Assembly: GCA_963675755.2 (NCBI GenBank)
Contig: CAXXMD010000003.1
Span: 1,600,001-1,664,000 of the forward strand
DNA: 64,000 nucleotides
Direction of reading: 5' to 3'
Source: a bacterium
GTDB lineage: Bacteria > Zhuqueibacterota > Zhuqueibacteria > Residuimicrobiales > Krinioviventaceae
Each line of letters begins with the position of its first letter. Within the stretch, counting starts at the first letter, position 1. The notes under the pieces are model-generated. The model did not search any database. It was not told the DNA's origin and was given only the letters and a program-made list of their open reading frames with translations. Below, one piece after another: positions 1 to 13,433 of the stretch. The position numbers were made by a program, and so were the translations under genes.

Positions 1-2
1 TT

Positions 3-644
3 GGTACCCTTTCCGGATTTTTTCGTGTTGAAGAAATTGATATTGATGCTGTTTCCGGTAATGATTATACAATAGACACGGGCGCTTTGACCATAAACAC
101 GATCGGAATCAATTCCATTATTGATACACGAGATCGGATACCTTTTCCTCGTTCCGGGAAATTTCATGAATTTCAATACGAAGTGTCGACAGGAGATTTT
201 TTAGGCTCTGATATTTCGTATTATAAAGTGTATAACCGGTTGTCTAATTATTTTACGTTGGCTGAACGACATACGTTTTCACCCTTGTTGTTCTGGGGAA
301 CCTCCGATGTCTCTACTCCATATTCTGAACAGTTTCAGTTGGGTGGATTTGGATCATTTTATGGATTACGTGAAAATTCAATGCATGGACGGCATGTAAT
401 ATTAACCAGTATGGAATACCGGTTGTTTATTAACACTTATTGGATGTTTGATACGTTTTTAACGTTGCGGTTTGATTTTGGGGCTGTTTGGGAAAAAGAT
501 TTAATTATTAACGGCTCAGATTTTGTCAATGGCAGGGGCCTGGCATTATCATTTCAAACACCTATTGGCCCCTTGTCCATTGCATATGGTCAGGCAAACA
601 CCCGTGACGAAAGAGTGTACATTTCAGCGGGATATGAATTTTAG
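3..644 (+). CDS. Omp85/BamA-family beta-barrel domain, 5' partial (possibly the C-terminus of a patatin-POTRA-barrel protein)
   Basis: The frame is open from the window start. It has the Omp85 motifs 'DTRDRIPFPRSG', 'FQLGGFGSFYG' and 'TPIGPLSIAYG' and ends in aromatic 'SAGYEF'. Confidence 0.75.
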   Translation, partial: GTLSGFFRVEEIDIDAVSGNDYTIDTGALTINTIGINSIIDTRDRIPFPRSGKFHEFQYEVSTGDFLGSDISYYKVYNRLSNYFTLAERHTFSPLLFWGTSDVSTPYSEQFQLGGFGSFYGLRENSMHGRHVILTSMEYRLFINTYWMFDTFLTLRFDFGAVWEKDLIINGSDFVNGRGLALSFQTPIGPLSIAYGQANTRDERVYISAGYEF

Positions 645-645
645 G

Positions 646-1419
646 CTATCTGTTAGCCGACCTGTCCCGTTGCAGGTTCCACTGTACCCAATCGCTGTTT
701 TCATCCGGATCTGATGCCGAAAAATCACCTGAATACGTAACTTGACCGTTTTTGTCGATCTGTACCTTTTGCATGTTTCTGACGATAATTGCCCATTCTT
801 CCATACTTACTTCATGTGGACCTGGAATTTCGTGCGGGCCTTCAACCTCATAGGGTTCTATGGCTTTTGGCTGCACGGTTTTTGAATCGGGTGCGTTGGT
901 AATGATTACCTCGCCATGATAAACTTTGAGTTCTGATGAAGAATCCTGATTCACGTTCATTCGCAAGGTTGTGCCTGTAATGGCAGCAGCAGTGATAGGA
1001 GTGCCAATTGAAAAAGACATGTTTTTAGGCTTTTTCTTGACGTTTGCCCAAAGATCACCTTCCTGAAGCGTGATCTTGGTTTCTCTTATCTGTTCTTTGG
1101 TTTCTTCATACAGTTTAAGAATGTCAATAGTGGTTTTTGGTGCCATGCGGATCTTGTCCAGGCTGGCAAGATCAAGTTCTGCACGGGATTGAGAAAAGGT
1201 TCTTACCCGCTCACCACCATTCACTTCCGTGTTTTGCTGTACATTTGTCCATTGCACTTCTGAAAGTCTTTGTTTCTTTGCAGAGCCCTCTACGTGGGTA
1301 ACAAGCCCTCTTTGTTGTTCTGTTGTTACCGAGAGACCTATACCAATACCGCAGAGTACCAGCGCTAAAACAAGAGCGCCTGTAATAAAATATTTTGGTT
1401 CGGTTATTACTTTTTTCAT
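646..1419 (-). CDS. FecR-domain protein
   Basis: N-terminal TM helix followed by the FecR-like pattern 'GERVRTFSQSRAEL...IGTPITAAAITGT...LKVYHGEV'. Confidence 0.7.
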   Translation of the reverse strand: MKKVITEPKYFITGALVLALVLCGIGIGLSVTTEQQRGLVTHVEGSAKKQRLSEVQWTNVQQNTEVNGGERVRTFSQSRAELDLASLDKIRMAPKTTIDILKLYEETKEQIRETKITLQEGDLWANVKKKPKNMSFSIGTPITAAAITGTTLRMNVNQDSSSELKVYHGEVIITNAPDSKTVQPKAIEPYEVEGPHEIPGPHEVSMEEWAIIVRNMQKVQIDKNGQVTYSGDFSASDPDENSDWVQWNLQRDRSANR

Positions 1420-1440
1420 ACCAAAACTCCTTACAATGAC

Positions 1441-3876
1441 TTAGATCACCTTTTTGTTAGGAGAAATAATTACTACTCTTTGAATTTCGTCTTTTTGTGC
1501 CAGGTTTGCTATGGGAATTCCCTTGGTGGCGCGCCCCATAGGCTTGATCAATTTAATTTTCTGGCGTTTTACTTTACCTTTTTTGGTCATCATGATAGCT
1601 GTTTGCTTGTCTGTTACTTGAGCAATGCTGACAACAGTACCGGTTTTGTCACTGAGATTAAAGTTTTTAATACCCTTGCCCCCTCGTCCGATGGTACTAT
1701 ATTCGCGTAATGCGCTTTTCTTACCGAGGCCCAGGTTTGTTATAGATAACAAATATCCTTTTGGATCTGAAACGGTTATCATGTCTATAACAACATCGTT
1801 TTCATCTAATGTTATTCCCCTTACACCACCGGCAGTTATTCCCATGTCATCTCTCAGGTCTTTACCGGAAAAGCGTATTGCTTGTCCCAGTGATGATGCT
1901 ATGAGAATTTCTGCATCTTTGGGCGCCATAATGACAGAAACAAGCTCATCTTTATCTTTTAGTGACAGGGCATCGTTAGCACCTTCTTTGAGCTTTGAAA
2001 AAGTTGCAAGAGATGATTTTTTAACTTGGCCATCTTTTGTTACCATATAGATGAATCTGGCATCGTCTTCTTCAAATTTGCTGACTTCAAAGACATTGAG
2101 TACCTGTTCGTTTTTACCTAAACGTAACAGAGTCTTTAATGTGGTTTTGTTGTCAGATCCGTTGTTTAGCGGTATAAAGCTGCTTCTCACACCAAAAACT
2201 TTACCGCTATTGGTAAACATGAGCAGACTGTGGCTGTTTGTGGTTTTAAAATTGTATTCAATAAACTCTGATACATTTTCCGGTTTGATTTGGTCCTTGA
2301 CTGCTTCCGGATCAACCAATGAATGTTTGCTTATAAAGCCGGTATTGGTTATAGTGACCAGGGTTTCATCTTCTTTAATCAGCTCTGTCAGACTCTTTTT
2401 GGTGGGTTTTGCAAGTATCTGGGTACGGCGGGCATCACCGTAGGTTGCTTTGAGTTCAAGCAATTCTGATTTGATCAATTGCATTCTGCGGGGCTTGCTT
2501 GCTAACAATGATTTTAATTTTTCAATCAGTTTTATGAGCGCCAGGTACTCATCTTCAATTTTTTTGCGCTCAAGGCCGGTTAATCGCTGCAGACGCATAT
2601 CCAAAATAGCCTGTGCCTGAATTTCAGAAAGCTTGAAGCGTTTAATCAGGTTTTTACGAGCTGTTTCAACATTTCTGGATTTTTTGATGAGTTCAATTAT
2701 TTCATCAATGTTGTCGAGAGCAATTTTTAAACCTTCCAGAATGTGAGCACGTTTTTCTGCCTTGTCGAGGTCGAATTTGATACGACGTAAAACCACATCA
2801 TGACGAAAGTCAATAAATTCCTGTAACAGTTCTTTCATGTTCAACACTTTGGGTTGACCGTCAACCAGTGCCAACTGAATGACGCCAAAGGTTGTCTGCA
2901 TTTGTGTGTGTTTGAACAGATCTTTGAGAATTTTGTCAGGATTTGCTTCTTTGCGAAGTTCGAAAACAATACGCATTCCTTCGCGATCTGATTCGTCACG
3001 AATTTCCTGAATGCCTTCAATCTTTTTCTCTCTAATCAGACTGGCGGTTTTTTCAAGCAAGGTGCTTTTGTTTACCTGGTAAGGGATCTCGGTTACTACA
3101 ATCCGTTTGCGTTGAGTAGAACCCATATCTTCAATATGTACTCTTGCACGGACTGTCAGCTTTCCGCGTCCGGTTTTAAAATAAGAATCAATTTCTTCGT
3201 CACCTACAATTACAGCGCCTGTGGGGAAATCCGGACCTTTTATATACTCTTTGAGTTTTTTTGGTTTTAAAGTGGGTCTGGAGATCAATGCGGATATTGC
3301 ATCAATGACTTCGCCAAGGTTATGTGGGGCCATGTTGGTAGCCATTCCTACAGCAATACCGGCGGCTCCATTCACAAGCAATGTGGGCAACAGTGACGGT
3401 AAAAGAGAGGGTTCTTTTAAGGTTTCATCAAAGTTGGGTGTAAAGTTTACGGTATCTTTTTCAATATCTCTTAAAACTTCATCTGCAATTTTTGCTAATC
3501 TGGCTTCTGTATAACGCATGGCCGCGGGTGGGTCACCGTCTATGGATCCAAAGTTACCTTGTCCGTCAACAAGAGGGTAGCGCAAAGAAAAGTCTTGTAC
3601 CATACGTGCCATGGTGTCATATACTGCTCTATCACCATGCGGGTGGTATTTACCCAAAACTTCACCCACAATTCTGGCGCTTTTTTTATAAGAAGAACCA
3701 GGTCTAAGCCCCAGATCAAGCATACCATATAATACCCTGCGATGCACGGGTTTTAATCCGTCGCGAACATCCGGCAACGCACGGGATATAATCACCGACA
3801 TGGAATAGTCGATGTAGGAACTACGCATTTCTTCTTCTATATAGACCCGTTGAATGGATTCATTCGTTTCTGGCAT
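1441..3876 (-). CDS. gyrA: DNA gyrase subunit A (type IIA topoisomerase A subunit; canonical GyrA-box not seen)
   Basis: Motifs '[16 protein letters not shown]', 'HPHGD' and catalytic 'AAMRYTE', with beta-pinwheel C-terminal repeats. Lies downstream of gyrB. Confidence 0.9.
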   Translation of the reverse strand: MPETNESIQRVYIEEEMRSSYIDYSMSVIISRALPDVRDGLKPVHRRVLYGMLDLGLRPGSSYKKSARIVGEVLGKYHPHGDRAVYDTMARMVQDFSLRYPLVDGQGNFGSIDGDPPAAMRYTEARLAKIADEVLRDIEKDTVNFTPNFDETLKEPSLLPSLLPTLLVNGAAGIAVGMATNMAPHNLGEVIDAISALISRPTLKPKKLKEYIKGPDFPTGAVIVGDEEIDSYFKTGRGKLTVRARVHIEDMGSTQRKRIVVTEIPYQVNKSTLLEKTASLIREKKIEGIQEIRDESDREGMRIVFELRKEANPDKILKDLFKHTQMQTTFGVIQLALVDGQPKVLNMKELLQEFIDFRHDVVLRRIKFDLDKAEKRAHILEGLKIALDNIDEIIELIKKSRNVETARKNLIKRFKLSEIQAQAILDMRLQRLTGLERKKIEDEYLALIKLIEKLKSLLASKPRRMQLIKSELLELKATYGDARRTQILAKPTKKSLTELIKEDETLVTITNTGFISKHSLVDPEAVKDQIKPENVSEFIEYNFKTTNSHSLLMFTNSGKVFGVRSSFIPLNNGSDNKTTLKTLLRLGKNEQVLNVFEVSKFEEDDARFIYMVTKDGQVKKSSLATFSKLKEGANDALSLKDKDELVSVIMAPKDAEILIASSLGQAIRFSGKDLRDDMGITAGGVRGITLDENDVVIDMITVSDPKGYLLSITNLGLGKKSALREYSTIGRGGKGIKNFNLSDKTGTVVSIAQVTDKQTAIMMTKKGKVKRQKIKLIKPMGRATKGIPIANLAQKDEIQRVVIISPNKKVI

Positions 3877-3902
3877 AGATGGATATTTCCTTTCACATCA
3901 TT

Positions 3903-6115
<2,213 letters not shown>

Positions 6116-6116
6116 A

Positions 6117-7244
6117 TTATTGTGTCCGGGTTACGTTGCCGTTACTTACTAAAAAAACAGATTGATCTTTTTGTATGGCATCCAGGGATTTTATTGCTTC
6201 ATAATCCATACTGGTACCGGTTACAAAAGTTTGGCTTTTGCCAGAAAATAACGATAACACACTTTTACCACGATTTATGTCCAGTTCAGAATAAAGATCA
6301 TCTAACAACAGAATGGGCAAGGTACCGGTTTTTTCTTTTAATAAAACCGATTCTGCCGCTTTCAGGCTCACCAGTGCGCTTTTATGTTCACCGCGAGAGC
6401 CAAATCTTCTCAGTTCATTGTCATTTACGGATATAACAAATTCATCACGATGTGGTCCTACCAATGTAGTGCCCCTGCGTCTTTCCCGGTCAAAGGATTT
6501 TAAAAGCATATTGTTAAAAGTTAAAGTATTGTCACTATTTTCAGTTAATGGTACGCAGGGTTGGTATGTTACTTTTAGATCATGATTAGAACGGGTAAGG
6601 TCCTGATAAAATTGAAAAAGGTTTGAGTTCATATCCCGGGTCATTTTTTCTCGAGCTTCCATAACTTTCAAGCCTGTTTGGACCAGTTGATCGTTCCAGA
6701 TCTCCAACTGCGATTTACTGACACTTTTACCGGTCTGAAACAGGGTAAGGACCTGGTTCCGTTGTTTTACGATCCGTTCATATTTTTTTAAATCATCCAG
6801 GTAGCGTGGAGAGCATTGAGACAACAGAATGTTGAAAAATTTTCTGCGTTGAGCGGGGGCACCGGTGGTTACCACGTGGTCATCAGAAGTAAGCGCCACT
6901 ATTGGAAACTTGCCGATGAGCAATGAATACCGGGTTACAGGTTTTCCATCTACTTTGATCTTTTTTCCCAGATCTTTTGAATACCACACCTGAATTTTGC
7001 TGGATATGGAATTTTCATCAGTAAAGGTGCCGTCAAAGTTGTAATGATCTTCTTCGAATGGCACCATTTCCGTCTCTTCACGTGCACGAAAACTTTTTGC
7101 AAGGCAAAGTATATATATTGCTTCTGCTATATTGGTTTTGCCTTGCGCGTTGTCACCAAAAATGAAATTGGTGTTATCTGAAAAACTCAAATCTACCTGG
7201 TGCAAATTACGAAAACTGTGGATGTTGAGGTGCTGAATCAGCAT
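6117..7244 (-). CDS. recF: DNA replication/repair protein RecF
   Basis: Motifs 'SFRNL', Walker A 'GDNAQGKTN', 'GPHRDE' and 'PILLLDDLYSELD'; synteny. Confidence 0.95.
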   Translation of the reverse strand: MLIQHLNIHSFRNLHQVDLSFSDNTNFIFGDNAQGKTNIAEAIYILCLAKSFRAREETEMVPFEEDHYNFDGTFTDENSISSKIQVWYSKDLGKKIKVDGKPVTRYSLLIGKFPIVALTSDDHVVTTGAPAQRRKFFNILLSQCSPRYLDDLKKYERIVKQRNQVLTLFQTGKSVSKSQLEIWNDQLVQTGLKVMEAREKMTRDMNSNLFQFYQDLTRSNHDLKVTYQPCVPLTENSDNTLTFNNMLLKSFDRERRRGTTLVGPHRDEFVISVNDNELRRFGSRGEHKSALVSLKAAESVLLKEKTGTLPILLLDDLYSELDINRGKSVLSLFSGKSQTFVTGTSMDYEAIKSLDAIQKDQSVFLVSNGNVTRTQ

Positions 7245-7253
7245 TCACAGCTC

Positions 7254-8414
7254 TTATTCTTCATTTTCCTCAGTTTCCCCTTCTTCTTCGGGTGTTTCTT
7301 CATTAATCCGAATGGGCATGATCAGCATAAGAACATCTTCATCTTCTTTCTGATTCGCGGGGGAAACTACAGCCGCACTTGAGCTGTCTTTGAGCTTAAA
7401 AAGAACTTCTTTATCGTCAATATGACGTAAAACATCCAGCACGTATGCTGAATTATAGCCTACCTGCATCCATTCATCGCTAAATGAGGCTGGTATAGAT
7501 TCTTTAGCTTCTGCGCCAAATTCTATATCTTCAGAATGGATGGTGATTTCTGTTGGGGTTAGAACAAATCTAACCTGGTTGGTTAAAGAGCTTGAGAAAA
7601 TGGATACACGGCGCAGGGTAGAGATCAAAAGATCGCGATCTACCTTGAGCTCTTTATCATTGTCTGTTGGAATCACACGTTCATAATTGGGATATGTTCC
7701 GGTAATTAATTTAGAATATATAATGGTATTGTTGAATTCAAATTGAATGTGGTCTTCGCCAACCTGTATTTTTACTGGCTGTTCGCTGTTAAGGTTGCGT
7801 GACATAACATTCAGCGCTTTGGTTGGAATAATGATATTTAATTGGGTGTCGCCTGAAACACCGGTGTTTTTGTTAATAACCCGTGATAAACGGTGACCAT
7901 CAGTACCTACCAAAGTCATGCCGGTTGCCAGCATTTCCATATTAATACCAGTTAACGCTGGTCGTAATTCATCGTTTGAAACAGCAAACAATGTTTTGTC
8001 TGTCATGCGTGTCAAAAGCTCGCTGTCAATTTCAAAAGAAACATCACCCTCTTCTACATTGATACGGGGATAGTCTTCTTTTGGCTGAGAGGATATTTTA
8101 TATTCACCTTGTTCTGTTTTGATAACGATTTTGTCACCGATGCCGGAAAAAAGGTTCAATGGAACATCGGGCAGTTCGCGAACAATTTCAATCAACAGTT
8201 TCGCCGGGATGGCTACAGTACCATCCTCTTCGCCATTAACATCCAGAGATATAGTTACAGAAACTTCCAGGTCAGTACCGGTCAGGCGTAAACGGTTGCC
8301 TTCCAGTTCCATCAGAACACAAGTCAAAACAGAGATGGTTGTTTTTTGCGGTACAACTCCTACCATTTTATGTAATGCGTCGTAAAAGTCAGACTTGGCG
8401 ATGGTAAAGTTCAT
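7254..8414 (-). CDS. dnaN: DNA polymerase III beta clamp
   Basis: Motifs 'GTDLE', 'RPALTG', 'GTDGHRL', 'YPNYERVIP' and 'LIMPIR'; follows dnaA. Confidence 0.95.
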   Translation of the reverse strand: MNFTIAKSDFYDALHKMVGVVPQKTTISVLTCVLMELEGNRLRLTGTDLEVSVTISLDVNGEEDGTVAIPAKLLIEIVRELPDVPLNLFSGIGDKIVIKTEQGEYKISSQPKEDYPRINVEEGDVSFEIDSELLTRMTDKTLFAVSNDELRPALTGINMEMLATGMTLVGTDGHRLSRVINKNTGVSGDTQLNIIIPTKALNVMSRNLNSEQPVKIQVGEDHIQFEFNNTIIYSKLITGTYPNYERVIPTDNDKELKVDRDLLISTLRRVSIFSSSLTNQVRFVLTPTEITIHSEDIEFGAEAKESIPASFSDEWMQVGYNSAYVLDVLRHIDDKEVLFKLKDSSSAAVVSPANQKEDEDVLMLIMPIRINEETPEEEGETEENEE

Positions 8415-8508
8415 GGTGCCTCCTTAACAAAATGAAAAACTGTAAAAAAATAATACTTTTCTTTGTAAATAACAAGAAAATAATATTATAGAGCAGTTTA
8501 TAAACGTG

Positions 8509-9858
8509 TTATAATTGAGCAATTTCAATTTTATTTTTTATCGTTTCCAGAGATTCTCTGATTTTATTGTCTTTTTTTATCATTTCTTCTGTACTGGTAA
8601 TGGCGTGGATCACCGTGCTATGATCTCTGCCGCCAAAATGCAAGCCTATGGTTTTTAATGAGCTGTCTGTCATGTTTTTGCACAAATACATGGCCATCTG
8701 GCGTGCTTGTACCACTTCTTTTTTGCGTGTCTTTGCGCGCAGCATATCATCCGGAATACCAAAATATTCGGATGTGGTTTTTTGAATAAACTCGATGCTA
8801 ATGGCTTTGATCTTGGGAATACAAACATCTTTTAGCAGGCTTTTGGCAAGATCAAGAGTAATATCCTGCCCGTTCAGGGATGAATAGGCCAACAAGCGAA
8901 TAAGGGCGCCTTCAAGTTCTCTAACATTTGTTGTTATATGTGTGGCGATAAAATGATAGATTTCTGGAGGAATGTCTAATCCGTTTTCTTCTGCTTTTTT
9001 TTGAAGAATAGCCTGGCGGGTTTCCATTTCCGGAAGTTGGATATCTACTACCAAACCCCATTGGAAACGGGAAATCAAACGTTCTTCAATGCCTTTTAAT
9101 TCTTTTGGGGGCCGGTCAGAAGATAGTACAATCTGTTTGCCTTTTTGGTGTAGGGTGTTGAAGGTGTGGAAAAACTCTTCTTGTGTTCGCTCCTTGTTGC
9201 CAAAAAACTGGATGTCGTCAACAATCAATAGATCAACGTTGCGGTAAAGGCTGCTGAATTCTGTTGTTTTGTTTTTTTGGATCGAGTTGATGAAATCCAT
9301 GGTAAAACGCTCACTATCAACATACAACACACGTGTGGCGTTTGTGTTGTATTTGCAATAGTTGCCTATTGCCTGAATAAGGTGTGTTTTTCCCAGACCT
9401 ACACCACCATAAACCACAAGTGGATTAAAGGTGGTTTTACCCGGTGATTTGCTAACCGCAAAGGATGCGGCTTTGGCAAATTTGTTGCAATCTCCTTCCA
9501 CAAAGCTGTCAAAGGTAAAACGTTCGCTCAGGTTGTCTTTGCCATTATGTGATTTTTGGGGAGCGGTTTTTTTCATGGACGGCAGTTGAACAGCCTGGGT
9601 TGCGGAATCCATAATCACGGAATAGAGCAGTTTGTAATCTGCTCCTAATACCTGAGTCATAGCCCGATTGATTACTTTGGAGTAGTGTTGTTCCAGCCAT
9701 TCATAAAAGAATTGGCTGGGTACCTGGATGGTTAAAGCGTGCTCCTCAATTTTAAAAGGACGAATCGGTTTAAACCAGGTTGCATAGCTGTTAGAGTTGA
9801 CGTTTTCTTTAATGATGCCCAGGATCTTGTCCCAGGTGGCTTGTAAATCTCCCTGCAT
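8509..9858 (-). CDS. dnaA: Chromosomal replication initiator DnaA (start placed at ATG 9858, MQGDLQATW)
   Basis: Motifs 'NPLVVYGGVGLGKTHL', 'VDDIQF', 'QEEFFHTFN' and 'FGGRDHSTVIHA'. Confidence 0.97.
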   Translation of the reverse strand: MQGDLQATWDKILGIIKENVNSNSYATWFKPIRPFKIEEHALTIQVPSQFFYEWLEQHYSKVINRAMTQVLGADYKLLYSVIMDSATQAVQLPSMKKTAPQKSHNGKDNLSERFTFDSFVEGDCNKFAKAASFAVSKSPGKTTFNPLVVYGGVGLGKTHLIQAIGNYCKYNTNATRVLYVDSERFTMDFINSIQKNKTTEFSSLYRNVDLLIVDDIQFFGNKERTQEEFFHTFNTLHQKGKQIVLSSDRPPKELKGIEERLISRFQWGLVVDIQLPEMETRQAILQKKAEENGLDIPPEIYHFIATHITTNVRELEGALIRLLAYSSLNGQDITLDLAKSLLKDVCIPKIKAISIEFIQKTTSEYFGIPDDMLRAKTRKKEVVQARQMAMYLCKNMTDSSLKTIGLHFGGRDHSTVIHAITSTEEMIKKDNKIRESLETIKNKIEIAQL

Positions 9859-9985
9859 ACGGCTTTCCGTTGTTTTATGTTCAGCAAATACAGTGCATTG
9901 TGTTGTCTGATTTTGTTTTGGGTTTAGGATATCAACATATAGGCTGATCAAGACGACAACACACAATTATATAAGGAAAAATGAG

Positions 9986-10420
9986 TTATCCACACAAATT
10001 TTGATTTATCCACATTGGTGCCGGACTGATCGTGCTTTGTGTAACTTGCATTTAATCATCAAGTTAATGCTTGAAATTTTCAACTTATCCACATTGGCCA
10101 TTTTCCAAAGCGAGGACTAATTACCCAGGCAAAATTAGGTAATATGGGTTATCCACATGTTATTATGGGGGATCCTCTCTTATTAACTTACACAAAAGGA
10201 AAAGTAATTTCAAGTTTTAAAATGAAAAATTCGTAAATTTCTTAAAATTTTATTAACAAGAGAATTCTTTTGTGTTAACATTTGTTTTGTAAATACAAAA
10301 CTGTGTACACAAAAAAGTAATTATTATTTAAGTGTTGCATATTTTTGTAATAATTTGTATATTAAAAACTTTGTGTATTAACTATAAATAATTATAACCC
10401 TAAATTTTACAAAGAGTTAG
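9986..10420. other. Probable replication origin oriC
   Basis: Four perfect TTATCCACA boxes (9986-9994, 10006-10014, 10085-10093, 10149-10157), all in the same orientation, followed by a very AT-rich stretch (~10200-10420). Lies directly upstream of dnaA. Confidence 0.8.
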
Positions 10421-10422
10421 AG

Positions 10423-12501
10423 ATGGCTAAAGATATTACACTGATGAGAAATATTGGAATCAGCGCGCACATCGATTCGGGAAAAACAACATTGACCGAA
10501 CGAATATTATTTTACACCAATCGCATTCATGCGATTCATGAAGTACGCGGAAAAGACGGTGTCGGCGCAAAAATGGACTCTATGGAGCTGGAAAAAGAAC
10601 GTGGTATTACCATTTCTTCAGCTTCTACTCATGTGGAGTGGAAAAATCACTCGATTAATATTATTGATACTCCGGGACACGTGGACTTTACTGTTGAGGT
10701 TGAGCGTTCTTTGCGTGTTCTTGATGGAGCTATTCTGGTATTGTGTTCTGTAGGTGGTGTTCAATCACAGTCTATTACTGTTGACCGCCAGATGACACGT
10801 TACAAGGTACCTCGTATTGCATTTATTAATAAATGCGACCGTATGGGTGCTGATCCTGAACGTGTTACTCAGCAGTTGCGCGACAAGCTGAACCACAATG
10901 CAGTAATGATGCAAATTCCTATTGGACTTGAAGAAGGTCATGTTGGTGTTGTTGACCTTGTAACCATGAAGGCCCTTTATTTTGAAGAACCCAACGGTAT
11001 GGTGATTCGTGAGGACGAAATTCCTGCAGAGTTGATGGACACTGCTCTTGAAAAACGTGATATTTTATTGGATACGGTTTCCATGTTCAGTGATGAGTTG
11101 ATGGAAGCGTATCTCGAAGATACTGTTACCGAAGAAATGATTTACGATGCCGTTCGTAAAGGAACCTTGTCTCTTGAATTGACACCGGTATTTATGGGTT
11201 CAGCCTTTAAGAATAAAGGTGTGCAGCCCCTGTTGGATGCTGTTTTAAAATATCTTCCTAATCCCACTCAAATTGAAAATATTGCACTTGATTTGGATAA
11301 TGAAGAAAAAGAAGTTGTATTGGAATCAAGCAGTGAAAAGCCGCTTGTTATGCTTGCCTTTAAACTGGATGATACCCGTTTTGGACAATTGACTTATGTT
11401 CGTATTTACCAGGGTACTATGAATAAAGGTGACGAGATTATCAATGTTCGCTCAGGTCGAAAGATCAGAGTAGGGCGTTTGATTAGGATGCACTCTGATG
11501 AAATGGAAGATATTACAAGCGCACCCGCTGGCGATATTGTTGCCATGTTTGGTGTGGATTGTGCGTCTGGTGATACCTTTACCGGCGGTGGTTTGAATTT
11601 TTCAATGACCTCCATGTTTGTACCTACACCGGTAATTTCTTTGTCTATTATTCCCAAAGACAATAAAGCTGCTGCCAATATGGCAAAAGCAATTAACCGC
11701 TTTTCAAAAGAAGATCCTACCTTTCAGTCATATGTTGATCCGGAAACTGATGAAACTATTATCAGAGGTATGGGTGAGCTTCACCTGGAAGTATATCTGG
11801 AAAGAATGAAGCGTGAATATAATGCAGAGATCGAAACCGGAGCGCCTCAGGTTGCTTATCGTGAAAGTATCTCTCAATCGGCCACTTTTAATTATACACA
11901 TAAAAAGCAGACTGGTGGTGCGGGACAATTCGGTCGTGTTGCCGGTTCTATGGAACCCAACCATGACAGCGATTTTGAATTTGTTGACGAGATCAAGGGT
12001 GGTGTTATTCCCAATGAATACATTCCTTCCTGTCGTAAAGGTTTTGAAATGGCTATGGACAAAGGTCCGGTAACCGGATTCCCCATTGTGGGTGTCAAGA
12101 TCACCATTAATGATGGTGCTTATCACCCGGTTGACTCTTCTGACCAGGCTTTTCAAACTGCTTCACTGTCTGCGTTCCGCGAAGTGTATAACCGTTGTAA
12201 ACCGGTAATTCTTGAACCTATTATGCGCGTGAGCGTTGAAAGTCCTACAGAGTTTCAGGGTGCTATTCTGGCAACTATTAACCAGCGTCGTGGTATTATT
12301 CACAGTGCTACTGAAGATAATGCCTTTACCGTTGTGGATGCTGAAGTACCATTGAGTGAAATGTTTGGATATTCAACTGTATTGCGCTCATCAACCCAGG
12401 GAAAAGCTGAATTTACCATGGAGTTCTCACGTTATCACAAAGTACCTGAATCTATTGCCGAAGAATTGAAAAAACAATTGGCAGAAAAAGATAAAAAATA
12501 G
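10423..12501 (+). CDS. fusA: Elongation factor G (spirochete/delta-proteobacterial, mtEFG1-like type)
   Basis: Motifs '[23 protein letters not shown]', '[22 protein letters not shown]', 'DTPGHVDF', 'NKCD' and 'GMGELHLE'. Confidence 0.93.
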   Translation: MAKDITLMRNIGISAHIDSGKTTLTERILFYTNRIHAIHEVRGKDGVGAKMDSMELEKERGITISSASTHVEWKNHSINIIDTPGHVDFTVEVERSLRVLDGAILVLCSVGGVQSQSITVDRQMTRYKVPRIAFINKCDRMGADPERVTQQLRDKLNHNAVMMQIPIGLEEGHVGVVDLVTMKALYFEEPNGMVIREDEIPAELMDTALEKRDILLDTVSMFSDELMEAYLEDTVTEEMIYDAVRKGTLSLELTPVFMGSAFKNKGVQPLLDAVLKYLPNPTQIENIALDLDNEEKEVVLESSSEKPLVMLAFKLDDTRFGQLTYVRIYQGTMNKGDEIINVRSGRKIRVGRLIRMHSDEMEDITSAPAGDIVAMFGVDCASGDTFTGGGLNFSMTSMFVPTPVISLSIIPKDNKAAANMAKAINRFSKEDPTFQSYVDPETDETIIRGMGELHLEVYLERMKREYNAEIETGAPQVAYRESISQSATFNYTHKKQTGGAGQFGRVAGSMEPNHDSDFEFVDEIKGGVIPNEYIPSCRKGFEMAMDKGPVTGFPIVGVKITINDGAYHPVDSSDQAFQTASLSAFREVYNRCKPVILEPIMRVSVESPTEFQGAILATINQRRGIIHSATEDNAFTVVDAEVPLSEMFGYSTVLRSSTQGKAEFTMEFSRYHKVPESIAEELKKQLAEKDKK

Positions 12502-12573
12502 TAGCGTGATAATGTTTAAATGTGTTTATTATAATAAGAAGAAAAGAATTTAAAAATATACAGAGGCCAATTC

Positions 12574-13284
12574 ATGCTTAAAACCGAATTGATTAAACGC
12601 AGCCCAATCCGGGTCATGGAGAAAACAATCCATGGTGGATTGGGGAAAGGAAATCTGGGGGTGTTTACCGCCAGAAAAGGAGTGGGCAAGACTGCATGCC
12701 TGGTTCACGTTGCAACTGACAAGCTGTTGAACGATAAAAAAGTACTTCATATCTCTTTTTCAGACAATCCGCAGCATATTGAAGGTTGGTACAAACAGGT
12801 GTTCCAGGAAGTCTCGAACGCGTACAAGTTGGAAAATTCGTACGAAATCTTTGACAACACCATGCATTTACGTTTAATTTTGCATTTCAAACAAGACAAT
12901 ACGTCGCTTGATAATGTTAAAGCCCATTTCAAACAGTTTCAAGACAGTCTGGATTTTAATCCTGAAATGGTAATTGTTGATGGATTTCCCTTTGAAGAAG
13001 CTACCCTGGAGCAATTGCAGGAATGGCAGAGCTTTGCAAAAGAACTGGATGCTGAAGTCTGGTTCAGCGCAACATTGCATCGTCATGACCTCAAGTTAGA
13101 TGATCAGGGAGTTCCTGCACCGGTGAACCAGCTCAAAGATATTTTTTCCGTAATCATTATGCTGAATCCTCATGAAGACCATATCGATTTTCAATTGTTA
13201 AAAGACAACGGAAATAAAGACCTTGATAAAATGCGCTTAAAGCTGGATCCCAAAACCATGCTTATCGCGAATCGCCGTGTTTGA
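12574..13284 (+). CDS. RecA/KaiC-like P-loop ATPase
   Basis: 'GGLGKGNLGVFTARKGVGKT' (Walker A) and 'MVIVDG' (Walker B). Confidence 0.65.
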   Translation: MLKTELIKRSPIRVMEKTIHGGLGKGNLGVFTARKGVGKTACLVHVATDKLLNDKKVLHISFSDNPQHIEGWYKQVFQEVSNAYKLENSYEIFDNTMHLRLILHFKQDNTSLDNVKAHFKQFQDSLDFNPEMVIVDGFPFEEATLEQLQEWQSFAKELDAEVWFSATLHRHDLKLDDQGVPAPVNQLKDIFSVIIMLNPHEDHIDFQLLKDNGNKDLDKMRLKLDPKTMLIANRRV

Positions 13285-13306
13285 TCCGTGTTTACATAGA
13301 AATATT

Positions 13307-13335
13307 AAAAAACCCGCCTTTGAGCGGGTTTTTTT
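13307..13335. terminator. Bidirectional intrinsic terminator
   Basis: AAAAAACCCGC-CTTTGA-GCGGGTTTTTTT between convergent genes. Confidence 0.8.
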
Positions 13336-13433
13336 GTGTCTGAATTAAAATTTGCAGAGTTGAAAAAGTTAGGGATTGCAATTTACCCGGTACTTTTGAG
13401 GTGCCGGGCGACTATTGTATATTTTTGTTATAA

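Noticed and set aside
9859-9966. N-terminal extension of DnaA in the ORF track
   Set aside because: DnaA domain I similarity begins at MQGDLQATW, so the extension is probably 5' UTR.
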